Origin: Planctomycetota bacterium
GTDB lineage: Bacteria; Planctomycetota; B15-G4; SIAN01
Assembly (NCBI GenBank): GCA_031409275.1
Contig: JANNXA010000018.1
Span: 1-64,000 of the forward strand
Length of the DNA stretch: 64,000 bases
Reading direction: 5' to 3'
Under the pieces are notes generated by a model. The model searched no databases, was not told the DNA's origin, and saw nothing but the letters and a program-made list of their open reading frames with translations. The position numbers and the translations under genes were made by a program. Shown here piece by piece: positions 28,050-38,506 of the stretch (its first letter is position 1; every line of letters starts with the position of its first letter).

Positions 28050-28290
28050 TTCTCGTCGCTGATCCGCCTCTGCCAAGTTCCGGATCTGGTCGAACAAATC
28101 GCCGTGGATCTGACGGACGATTCGATCGAACCAGAACCGCCAATCGCGCGCGGGCGCGAAGCGCAGCTCGTATCGAGTCGTGCCCTCGAGGAGCGTGCGC
28201 CCGCCACCAAGTTCACTCAAGCGGAACTCGCCTCGCTCGCTCGAGAAGTAGTGAGAAAGATCCGGAGGCCGACCGATTTTCGTCGGGCCG
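28050..28290 (-). pseudogene. Remnant of an SRPBCC-like protein C-terminus
   Basis: 'PPDLSHYFSSERGEFRL...GRTLLEGTTRY...W..WFDRIVRQIH...IRNLAE' resembles SRPBCC-like C-termini; no credible N-terminus. Confidence 0.45.
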
Positions 28291-28584
28291 GGATCGGTGA
28301 GGCGCGCCGGCCAACGATGCCGCGCTGCAACGCCGAGCGACTGCACCAGGGCATCGGCAACGTGCGGATCGAGCGGAGCAGTGAGGTCGGGACCGCGAGC
28401 GGACAAGCCGTGGGCGAATCCCGACTCATGGCTGTCGGCACGCCAGCCGATATCGGCAACCACGATTCCGCCATGGTCGTTCGCCTGCACGATTCGCGTG
28501 CAGTTGCGGTGGTTCAGCGAAGCGCTGCCCCGAATCGGGATGGGATGATCTTCCTGGTCGTTCCGCAGGACCGGGGGCGATCGC

Positions 28585-28968
28585 TCACCCCTGAGTCGTC
28601 GTCACCGGTCGCGGCACGGCGTCCGCCGGTCGCAGCATCGTCAGCACCATCTTGAAGGCCGTCAGCGCGAAGAGCGCGTGTGGGCGATTCGCCGGCATCA
28701 CGATGGCGTCGCCTGCAGCGAGCTCGAACGGCGTCCCCGCGATGGTGATCCGTGCCGACCCTTCGAGCAGCTGGACCAAGGCATCGAACGGTGCGGTGTG
28801 CTCCGAAAGACCCTCGCCGGCGGCAAATGCGAAGACCGTGACGCTGCCGCTCGGGTGCTTCAAGAGCTGGCGGCTCACCACGGCGCCCGGCTGGTGGGCG
28901 AGGAGCTCCGCCAGACGGATCACGTGTGGTTCGGTCGGCACGGCATCGACGACGGGGAGGAGCTTCAC
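28585..28968 (-). CDS. Cupin domain protein
   Basis: 'GAVVSRQLL...VTVFAFAAGEGLSEHTAPFDA...MPANRPHAL...FKMVLTM'; GGAG RBS before GTG. Confidence 0.9.
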   Translation of the reverse strand: MKLLPVVDAVPTEPHVIRLAELLAHQPGAVVSRQLLKHPSGSVTVFAFAAGEGLSEHTAPFDALVQLLEGSARITIAGTPFELAAGDAIVMPANRPHALFALTAFKMVLTMLRPADAVPRPVTTTQG

Positions 28969-29046
28969 CACGATTCTCCACTGGGACAGGCGCGGCACGG
29001 CGCATGCGAAACATCCTGGGCTGACTGTCCTTGCAGGAGGCGTGCC

Positions 29047-29754
29047 GTGCCGGAGTTGCGTGCGCGTTGGGATGAGCCTGGAACCGTCGCGAGCTTCGCG
29101 AGCGGGGCGCCGAACCGTGCGCTGCTCGAATTTGCGTCGACGTATGGCGGGTCCGGTCGGCGGCCGCGCTGCCTCGATCTCGGCTGCGGTGCCGCCCGCA
29201 ACGCGCTGCCGCTGGCGCGACTCGGTTTTGACGTCGTCGGGATCGACCTTTCGCCGCTGATGCTGGCGGCCGCGCAGCGGCGGCTCGCGATCGGCGCGAC
29301 ACCAGAAGAGCTCGCCGCGAGCGGTCGCGTCAACTTGCTGCGCGCTGCGATGGCCCCTTTGCCGTTCCGCGACGCCTCGTTCGACTTCGTTGTTGCGCAC
29401 GGGATCTGGAACCTCGCGCGATCCGCGGTGGAGTTCCGCGCCGCCGTCCTCGAGGCGGGGCGCGTGGCTCGGCCGGGCGCCGGGCTGTTCGTCTTCACCT
29501 TTTCGCGCACGACGCTGGCAGCCGCGGTGCAAGGCGACGACCACGCGCACGGTGATCCGCTGGCCGATTCGAGCTGGAACGGCGAGCCGTGCTGCTTCGT
29601 GTCGGCAGCGCAGCTCGTCGCCGAGCTCGCGCGCGGCGGATTCACGCCAGTGACTGGCGCACCGATCGAGGAACTGAACGTGCCGTTGCCGGGCGAACTG
29701 CGCGCGCCGCGAGCACCGGTGATCTGGCAGGCGAGGTTCTGCCGCAACGTGTGA
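29047..29754 (+). CDS. Class I SAM-dependent methyltransferase
   Basis: AGGAGG RBS; 'LDLGCGAARN', 'VVGIDLS', 'LPFRDASFDFVV' and 'RVARPG'. Confidence 0.87.
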   Translation: MPELRARWDEPGTVASFASGAPNRALLEFASTYGGSGRRPRCLDLGCGAARNALPLARLGFDVVGIDLSPLMLAAAQRRLAIGATPEELAASGRVNLLRAAMAPLPFRDASFDFVVAHGIWNLARSAVEFRAAVLEAGRVARPGAGLFVFTFSRTTLAAAVQGDDHAHGDPLADSSWNGEPCCFVSAAQLVAELARGGFTPVTGAPIEELNVPLPGELRAPRAPVIWQARFCRNV

Positions 29755-29935
29755 CCCGCGCGACTGGATGCCGGCCGCCTGAAGCGTTCGCTGCGGGCGG
29801 CCGACGCTTGCTTGACGATCGCGCGCAGGCTGCGGTGCACGCGCCGGCGGCGCATCGCCGCTCTTCGGCGCCGGCAGGGTGAGGACGAGCGGACCTTCCG
29901 CGGCACCGTAGAGCGGGTTCGCTTCCACCCTCAAC

Positions 29936-30710
29936 GTGAGCGAGCGAGCTGCCGGATCGCTCGCGTCGCGGATTGGCCGACCGCTATCGCGAGACGCTCT
30001 CGCGGTTGCTCGACCTGGTCTGGAACGAGAAGGAGCTGCTCGCGGAGATCGATCGCGTCCAGCGTCTCGCGCGGCCCCATCTCCACCGCGCGCAGAAGAG
30101 CACCGACCGTGCGGCCGACGAGGTTCGCGCCTACATCCTGGCGCGCCGCGCGCGTCTCGCCGAGGAGCTCAAACGCTGGCCGCCGTCGGTGCCGGCGAAG
30201 CCGGTGCTGCCGACCTACACCGTTCCGCTCGGGAAGCTGCACGGTGTCTTCGCCACCAAATGGGAAGAGAAGCAGCCTGACGATCCATCGCGCGCCGGCA
30301 AGGCCGCGCTCGAGCTCACGCTCGATGGGGGAGTGGTCGCCTTCAAGCGACTCGGCGTCTGCGCGTTCGAGGCCAAGGGGAACGGCGTATTCGGCGGCGG
30401 TGGTGGCGGCGAGCCACCGCGGGTCAGCCTGACGGTGGCCGGCGTCCGTGCATCGGATGGGCAGCTGCTGACGTTCGAGATCAGCATCGATCAGGCCGCT
30501 TTCCTGGAAGCGGATGCGGAGCCGATCGCGGTGACCGGCAGCTTCCGTCGGGGCGATGCGCCCGCGCCGACCGGATTCGAGCGCGGCGCACGGACGTCCG
30601 TCTTCGGCGACGTGACCTTCCTCCGCGCAGGCGTCAAGCGCGGACAGAAGGTGGAGGGCGAGCTCGACTTCACCATCGCCGAGGTGCACGGCGGAGCGGC
30701 GGGCGAGTGA
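29936..30710 (+). pseudogene. Truncated gene, possibly the C-terminal part of a CotH-like protein
   Basis: Coding-like ORF 29973-30710 starts abruptly (TTG, no RBS) at 'DRYRETLSRLLDLVWNEKELLAEIDR'; the segment just upstream ('AAGSLASRI') is in another frame. Confidence 0.4.
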
Positions 30711-30765
30711 ATTCGCGCCCGCGGAGGCCGCGCTACCGCATCGGGGTGAAGCAGTCGCGTGAAGC

Positions 30766-30906
30766 GGTGGCGGGGATCTTTCTCCCGCCGTTTCCGCACC
30801 CTGCTCCCCCGTGAGTCGAGCTGCTGGCCCGCCTCGCGCTGATCGATTCGGTCGATTGCCAGAGGCGCGCGTGTGCGGGTGGCGCGGTGGGAAGATCCCC
30901 GCCACC
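30766..30906. repeat. 141-bp element bounded by a perfect 15-bp inverted repeat (MITE/REP-like)
   Basis: GGTGGCGGGGATCTT (30766-30780) / AAGATCCCCGCCACC (30892-30906). Confidence 0.6.
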
Positions 30907-30932
30907 TTGGAGGTCCGCCACCTTGGAGGTCC
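30901..30932 (+). repeat. Tandem 16-bp direct duplication
   Basis: GCCACCTTGGAGGTCC occurs twice back to back. Confidence 0.85.
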
Positions 30933-31429
30933 GACGGTCATCCCCGAGGCCGAGCAGGCGCGCGCCGGCGTCCCGGCGAGCTTCGTCCGCGTCGCCTCCT
31001 TCGATTCCCATTGCGCGCCGAGCGCAGCGGCCTCCGTCAGCGCCCGCTCGAACGCATCGACGATCCGCTCCACTCGTCCTTCAGCGCCTGCGCCTCGGGC
31101 GCGGCGGGAGGTGGCGTCGCGGAGAGCTCGCCATGGATCGCGCCGCGCCGCGCCGCGACTTCCGGCACCTTGGCCTGCGCGACGTCGTAGTGCTGCTCCT
31201 TCAGCGCCTCGGCGAACGGCGGCGTGACGTCGACCTCGCCCGTGGCCGCGGCGACCGGTCGCGCGTGCAGCAGCAGCAGGATGCTATTCGTCGGGGCTTC
31301 ACTCCTTCGTTGCGGCCTTCAGCTTGGTGCGCAGCGGTCGCAGGAACTCGTCGCCGCTCGTCGCCTGCGGGACTGAGTCGCGTAAGTGCCGGATCCAACG
31401 GCACGCTGCGATGCCGCCGCGTCTTCAGG

Positions 31430-32974
31430 TCACTGGAAGTGCAGGAGCTCGTGGTTGCTCAAGAGCGGCGGCCGATGATCGTTCGGCGGGCCGTTCGCGA
31501 ACGCCTGCAGGAGGAAGTCCTCGCCCGAGAGGCCGGATGGCGCGTTGGCCGCGTAGGTCGCCTCGCCGTTGCTGTCGAGCACGTCGACGACGATCGTCAG
31601 GAACACCACCTCGTCGACGTCGCTGACGAGGATCGCGTAGAGGCTGCCCGGCTCGCCGCCTCGCACCATCACGGTCACGGGCCGGTTCGGACGAATGCTG
31701 TCGGGGTCGGTTTGGAGATAGAGCTCGTTGCCGGAATACGCGAACAGCGTCCCGCTGCCGCTGCCGGCCACGTCTGCGCCGGGCGCGCCGATGGCGACAT
31801 CGGGGCGTCCGTCACCGTTGACGTCGCCGAGCGGCCCAGCAATGCCGCAGCTGTCGCCGGCCCCGAGACCGTCGTAGCGATAGAGCAGGCGGCCCGTGCG
31901 ACCGCTGATGAGGTTCCCTGCGCCGGCGTCAACCGCGAGCGTGTCGGAGTTGTCGCTCAGCACGAGGTCATCGAAGCCGTCGCCGTTGACGTCGCCCACG
32001 TTCACCGTCACCCCGCCCATCTTCTGCTGGCCGGTCTTTCCGGAGACGTCGAACAGCACGTGGCCATCGGCGCCGGAGTAGACGTAGACGCGCCCCACGT
32101 CTGCAACGCCCGCGTCCTCGTTCGGCGCGGCGATGGCGAAGTCGGCGAGACCGTCGCCGTCGAGGTCGCCGGCACCCGCGACCGACGCCCCGAAGATCGC
32201 CACCGGTTCGGGACCCGTGAAGAACTGCAGCTCGTGACCGTCGACCCCTGACCGCACCGATGCGCTGCCGAAGCGATCGCCCGCGATGCTGTCGTACGGC
32301 GCTCCGACGAGCAGGTCCGGCGTTCCATCGCCGTCGACGTCGCCGAGCCCGGCGAGCCCGGCGCCGAACGCCGCGGAGCGGGGCGGCCCGAGCAGCGTGA
32401 GGTGCAGCTCGTTGGTTGCGCCCGAGTAGACGTAGACCGCTCCTGAGCCAGAGGCGGCCGTCCAGTCGTTCGACGCCGAGATCGCGAAGTCGGCGACGCC
32501 GTCGTGATCGAGGTCGCCGACGTGCGCGATCCGGTCGCCGAAGTTCCCGTTGGCGAGTTCGCCGCGGAAGACGTTGATCAGCGAGCCGTCCGCGCCGGAG
32601 TGGAGGTAGGCGCTGCCGGCATCCGTGGCGCGCCAGTCGTTTCGCGGCGCGCCGACGACGAAGTCGCCCAGCCCGTCGCCGTCCATGTCCGGCAGCGCCG
32701 CCAGCGCGAGGCCGTAACCGTCGAATTTCTTCTCGCCGAGGAGTTCGTAGAGGATCGAGCCGTCGACCCCAGAACGCACGCTCACCAGGCCGCTGCCGGA
32801 GCTGAGGTTCCCCCCGACGACGACGTCGGGGATGCCGTCGCCGCTCATGTCCCAGCCGCCGGACGGGTGGATGCCGAGCTGATCGCTTTCAAAGCCGTGC
32901 ACGGTCCAGAGCCCGCCTTGCGCGCTTGCGCTGGAGGCGATGGAGACGACGACCAAGATCGGCGCGAGACGCAT
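31430..32974 (-). CDS. Secreted FG-GAP (integrin-alpha-like) beta-propeller protein
   Basis: Signal peptide; repeated 'FG......GDxDGDGxxDxxxGAP' and 'VYSG.DG' motifs. Confidence 0.9.
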   Translation of the reverse strand: MRLAPILVVVSIASSASAQGGLWTVHGFESDQLGIHPSGGWDMSGDGIPDVVVGGNLSSGSGLVSVRSGVDGSILYELLGEKKFDGYGLALAALPDMDGDGLGDFVVGAPRNDWRATDAGSAYLHSGADGSLINVFRGELANGNFGDRIAHVGDLDHDGVADFAISASNDWTAASGSGAVYVYSGATNELHLTLLGPPRSAAFGAGLAGLGDVDGDGTPDLLVGAPYDSIAGDRFGSASVRSGVDGHELQFFTGPEPVAIFGASVAGAGDLDGDGLADFAIAAPNEDAGVADVGRVYVYSGADGHVLFDVSGKTGQQKMGGVTVNVGDVNGDGFDDLVLSDNSDTLAVDAGAGNLISGRTGRLLYRYDGLGAGDSCGIAGPLGDVNGDGRPDVAIGAPGADVAGSGSGTLFAYSGNELYLQTDPDSIRPNRPVTVMVRGGEPGSLYAILVSDVDEVVFLTIVVDVLDSNGEATYAANAPSGLSGEDFLLQAFANGPPNDHRPPLLSNHELLHFQ

Positions 32975-33022
32975 CGAAACCTCCGTGGCAACAGGAATCT
33001 GGATCGAGAAGGCGACGCCTGA

Positions 33023-34555
33023 TCAGCGGATCGAAACCCGTTCGTCGAAGCTGTCGAGGAGCTTGCCGCTGCCGCTCGCTGGGAGCGCGTAGGCCCGCAG
33101 CGTGAACTCGTGATCGAAGAGGTCGGACTCGACCGTGTCGATGAGCTTCCACTCGCCAAACGAGTCGAGGTTGAACGTGCCGAGGTGCTCGAAGAGCGGC
33201 ACGTCATCGAGTCCTGTCACGAACAGCGCGAACAAGCTGCCCGGACTGCCGTTGCGGAACGACAACGTGATCGTGTCGCCGACGTGGGCGAACCACGGCT
33301 CCGCCTGGAGCCAGACGTCGTTGCCGCGGAACACGGTCGCGCTGCCTTCGCTGCCGTGCCGATGGAATGCGGCCGCGGCGCCAACGATCGGGTCATCGAA
33401 GCCGTCGCTGTCGAGATCGCCGGCGCCGCCCACCGCGAACCCGAACTCGTCGTCGACGTCGACCGACTCGAATCGGTAGAGCAGGCGGCCGGTGCGACCC
33501 GAGTAGAGCATCGCGTGGCTGTACATGAAGATCTCGGAAGGGGCGCCGAACAGCAGGTCGCCGCGCCCGTCGCCATCGACGTCGCCTGCAGATCCAACTG
33601 CTCTCGCATGGTCCTTCGAGATGCCTTCGACCGTGAAGAGCTTCGTGCGGGTCGCGCCGGAATAGACGTAGGCGGTGCCGTTGATGAGCTGGGTCGCCGA
33701 CACCGCGAAATCGCCGACGCCATCGCCGTCGGTATCGCCGAGACCGGCGACCGACCAGCCGAATCCGTCGTTGAAGTTCGGGTCGCCCTTCAAGCGCGCC
33801 AGCGAAGTGCCGGTCTTCCCGGAGTAGACCTCGGCGATGCGAGTTCCACCGCCGACGAAGTCGGTCACGCCATCGCCGTCGACGTCGCCGATCGCCGACA
33901 AAGACATGCCGAGGTTGTCGAGGCCGAAGCTGCCAGGCACCTCGTAGACGAGCGACGCATCGACGCCGGACATGACGCGCACCCGGCCGCGGTCGGTCTT
34001 GCTGGAGCTGTCGAAGAACGGCCCCCCAGCGGCGAAATCAGGCACCCCGTCGCCATTCACGTCGCCGAGCCCCGCGACCGAGTGGCCGAAACGCTCGAGG
34101 TTCGAGGTTCCGGCGATCAGGAAACGCAGAGCGCCCGTCGCGCCGTCATGGACCCGGACGTAGCCCTTCCCGTTCAGCTGGAAGGCGCCGACCACGATCT
34201 CCGAACACCCGTCGCCATCTTGGTCGCCGGCGCTCGCGACCGACCAGCCGAAGTCGTCGTCCTTTGCGCTGCCGTCGATGTCATGCAGCAGCGAGCCGTC
34301 GGCGCCGGAAAACACGCGCGCGCTGCCGGCGCGCGTGATCGCTGCGCTCGCATCCTCCATCGGGATGCCGACAATGATGTCGTCCCTGCCGTCACCGTTG
34401 ACATCGCCGGCATTTGCGAGCGCGCTGCCAAACTCGCCAGCCTGGTCGTCGCCGAACCATCGATAGAGCACGTCGTCCGCCCGAATGGCGGGCGCGAGCC
34501 CGGCCATCACGGTCACGAGGGCGAAACAACGGCGTCGGATGAGTCGGGAAGCCAT
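33023..34555 (-). CDS. Secreted FG-GAP (integrin-alpha-like) beta-propeller protein
   Basis: Signal peptide; about 7 'FG.S.A..GDVNGDG..D' repeats. Confidence 0.9.
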   Translation of the reverse strand: MASRLIRRRCFALVTVMAGLAPAIRADDVLYRWFGDDQAGEFGSALANAGDVNGDGRDDIIVGIPMEDASAAITRAGSARVFSGADGSLLHDIDGSAKDDDFGWSVASAGDQDGDGCSEIVVGAFQLNGKGYVRVHDGATGALRFLIAGTSNLERFGHSVAGLGDVNGDGVPDFAAGGPFFDSSSKTDRGRVRVMSGVDASLVYEVPGSFGLDNLGMSLSAIGDVDGDGVTDFVGGGTRIAEVYSGKTGTSLARLKGDPNFNDGFGWSVAGLGDTDGDGVGDFAVSATQLINGTAYVYSGATRTKLFTVEGISKDHARAVGSAGDVDGDGRGDLLFGAPSEIFMYSHAMLYSGRTGRLLYRFESVDVDDEFGFAVGGAGDLDSDGFDDPIVGAAAAFHRHGSEGSATVFRGNDVWLQAEPWFAHVGDTITLSFRNGSPGSLFALFVTGLDDVPLFEHLGTFNLDSFGEWKLIDTVESDLFDHEFTLRAYALPASGSGKLLDSFDERVSIR

Positions 34556-34598
34556 GCGAGCGACTCCGGTACGTGCGCGAACGCGAAGAGAACCGCGA

Positions 34599-36248
34599 TC
34601 AGAAGCCGAGGGTCAGTTCGAGACCGGCCGTGAAGGCCAGTCCGTGCACCGCACCCGGATCGAGGAGCAGTCCCTGGAGGTCGAGCACGATGCCGGCGAG
34701 GGACGGGTCGGGATCGATGAACGTCGGCAGGTCGAGACCGGCCGCGTCGACCGACACCGCGATGCTGAGCAGCGGGGCGACGAGGAGCGTTGCCCCATAC
34801 TTCAGCTGGACTGACGCGCGCGCCTGTCCCACGAGCAGGACTCCCGGCGTGATGACTCCCGCCGAGTTGCCGAAGGCGAGCGTGAACGTCGTGTTGAGGA
34901 TCGGCGAAAAGTCGACATCGAGCGACGGGACCCCGAGGGTCCCGGGCCAGCCCGCGCCGTAGTTCGTCCACGACGCGCTCGCGAACGCGCGCTCGCGGAC
35001 GAAGATGTCCTCCCTGCGATTGGTGTCGCTCGGCGCGAGGTTGTCGCCGTTGCTCGTGAACGAGACGAGCCGGCCATCCGCGGAGAGCGACGCGCGCTGG
35101 CTGAACCCGTTCGATTCGTCCCAGACGGACGAGACGCTCTCACGGTAGGTCGCGCCCGTCACGACATCGGCGACGAAGATGTCGAGGTAGTTGTTCAAGT
35201 CCCCTTCGACGAGGTCGATCGAGTAGCTCTGGAAGACGACGAAGCGCCCGTCGGCGCTGAGCTCGGGGAAGTCGCTCTCGTCGTTGCCGCCGCCGCCCTT
35301 CGAGTCGTTGCTGGCCCAGGCGGTCTTGCCGGTCGTCCGGTCGTGGACATAGATGTCGAACTCGCCGTTCGTGTCGGCCAGGTCGAGGTTGGTCGCGCCG
35401 CTCATGAACGCGACGAATCGCCCGTCATCGGAGATCGAAGGCCGGTCGCTGTAGCCGTCGGCCTCGCCGCCCGAGGAGTCGATGCTGACCCGGACCGTCG
35501 TGGCCAGAAGCCGGTCGCGCACGAAGATGTCGCGCGTCTTGTTCTTGTCGTTCGCGACGAGCAGCTTGTCGTCGCTGGCGAAGGCGATGAAACGGCCGTC
35601 CCCCGAGATCGCGCAGTTGTAGCTGTCGCCGAGCGTCGTCGGATTGCCGCTCGAGTCGAGGTTCACGCGCTCGGTGACGCCGTTCGCTAGGTCGCGCACG
35701 AAGATGTCAGGGCGACCGTTCGTGTCGGATCCGACCAGATCGCTGGCGTTGCTCCAGAACGCGACGAACATTCCATCGGACGAGATGCGTGCGTCATGGC
35801 TGTCGTCGTTCGGATCGCCACCGTTCGTGTCGACGCTCACCCGAACCGTTGTCGCCGCCGCGACGTCGCGCAGGAAGATGTCGGCCTGGCCGTTCGCATC
35901 GCCCGTCACGAACGGGCCGTTGCTCTCGAACGTGACGAGAGCGCCGTCGCCGGAGACGTCCGGGACGTAGCAGTCGAATGAGAGCTGCACCGTCCCGGTC
36001 TTGAGCGAGACGCGCGTCGTCGTCCCGGAGGTCCGGTCGCGCAGGAAGACGTCGCGCGACAGGTTGGTGTCGCCGCTCACGAGGTTCTTCGCGGCCGAGT
36101 CGAAGATCACCTTCGAACCATCGGCGGTGAGCTGAGACGTGTAGCTCGTCGAGTTGGAGAGGACGCCGGCGCTCGACACGCTGGCGATCTCGGTCTGCTG
36201 CGCGAGCATCAGCAGCGCGAACTCCGTCGGGAACAGGATCACACCCAT
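34599..36248 (-). CDS. TolB/PD40-like repeat beta-propeller protein
   Basis: GAAGGAGG RBS before ATG 36248; repeats 'ISxDGRFVAFxSxAxNLxxxDTNxxxDIFVRD'. Confidence 0.87.
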   Translation of the reverse strand: MGVILFPTEFALLMLAQQTEIASVSSAGVLSNSTSYTSQLTADGSKVIFDSAAKNLVSGDTNLSRDVFLRDRTSGTTTRVSLKTGTVQLSFDCYVPDVSGDGALVTFESNGPFVTGDANGQADIFLRDVAAATTVRVSVDTNGGDPNDDSHDARISSDGMFVAFWSNASDLVGSDTNGRPDIFVRDLANGVTERVNLDSSGNPTTLGDSYNCAISGDGRFIAFASDDKLLVANDKNKTRDIFVRDRLLATTVRVSIDSSGGEADGYSDRPSISDDGRFVAFMSGATNLDLADTNGEFDIYVHDRTTGKTAWASNDSKGGGGNDESDFPELSADGRFVVFQSYSIDLVEGDLNNYLDIFVADVVTGATYRESVSSVWDESNGFSQRASLSADGRLVSFTSNGDNLAPSDTNRREDIFVRERAFASASWTNYGAGWPGTLGVPSLDVDFSPILNTTFTLAFGNSAGVITPGVLLVGQARASVQLKYGATLLVAPLLSIAVSVDAAGLDLPTFIDPDPSLAGIVLDLQGLLLDPGAVHGLAFTAGLELTLGF

Positions 36249-36512
36249 CGAGCGTCCTCCTTCGCGATTGCCGATCAAGACCGGGCCGGCCGAGCGTGCG
36301 ACACTGTAGGGAGCGTTCGCGAACTCACCAGACATCACGCTGCACGGGCCCGCTCGAGCCGGTCGATCGTTGCGGTCGGTCGCCCCGCCTCTTCGAACTC
36401 CACGTCTCCCCGTCGCCGCTCGGGCGGCAACGCCTCGTGAAACGGGACGGTCCAGTCGGCATGCCACACGTTGCGATCGATCGCGGCGCGGAGCACGGAC
36501 CGCGAGCGTCGC

Positions 36513-36992
36513 CTACGGAACCGTCGCCCCGAAGTCGATCAGCGGGAAGAGCCAGCCGAGGAGTCCGGCGATCGCGAGCGCGACGGCCAGCATCGCGAAG
36601 TGGAGCAGTGGGGCGCGGTCATCACGCGGGGTGGCGCGGCGCACGCAGAGGTAGCCGACGCCGAGCGCGGCGACGAGCGCCGGTTCGCCGAGCGAGTTCA
36701 CCAACCCCTTCATCGCCGGCTCCTCGGGACCGAGGATGAAGCCGAACCACCAGACGAGCGGCAGCGCCATCAGCAGCCACGCTTCGCCGGGTGCCCATGG
36801 CAGCGTGCGGTTCGCCGGAAACCTCTGGTTGGCCGTGGTGGCGCCCGCTTCCGCGGCGCTCATGCGCAAGGTCCGCATGCGCAGAGTCGCCAGTCCGCCG
36901 GCCAGGCCAAGTCCATGGACGATGCAAGCGGTCAGCAGCAGCGGCGAGCCGTCGATCAGCCGTTGCAGCGAGGTCAGCTTCTCGAAGACCAC
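36513..36992 (-). CDS. Hypothetical membrane protein (~4 TM)
   Basis: GGAGGAGG RBS before GTG 36992; four hydrophobic segments. Confidence 0.6.
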   Translation of the reverse strand: MVFEKLTSLQRLIDGSPLLLTACIVHGLGLAGGLATLRMRTLRMSAAEAGATTANQRFPANRTLPWAPGEAWLLMALPLVWWFGFILGPEEPAMKGLVNSLGEPALVAALGVGYLCVRRATPRDDRAPLLHFAMLAVALAIAGLLGWLFPLIDFGATVP

Positions 36993-37021
36993 GTTTCCCC
37001 TCCTCCGCAGTGGCGCTGCGC

Positions 37022-38491
<1,470 letters not shown>

Positions 38492-38506
38492 CGAATCACG
38501 CCCTCC

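Noticed and set aside
29870..29935. Peptide 'EDERTFRGTVERVRFH' resembling a RecD2 helicase N-terminus
   Set aside because: Too short, with no continuation; could be chance.
31430..36248. Recurrent GCCGTCGCCGTC-type DNA repeats suggesting an array
   Set aside because: They encode the DxDGDG and propeller protein repeats; there is no constant repeat-spacer periodicity, so this is not CRISPR.
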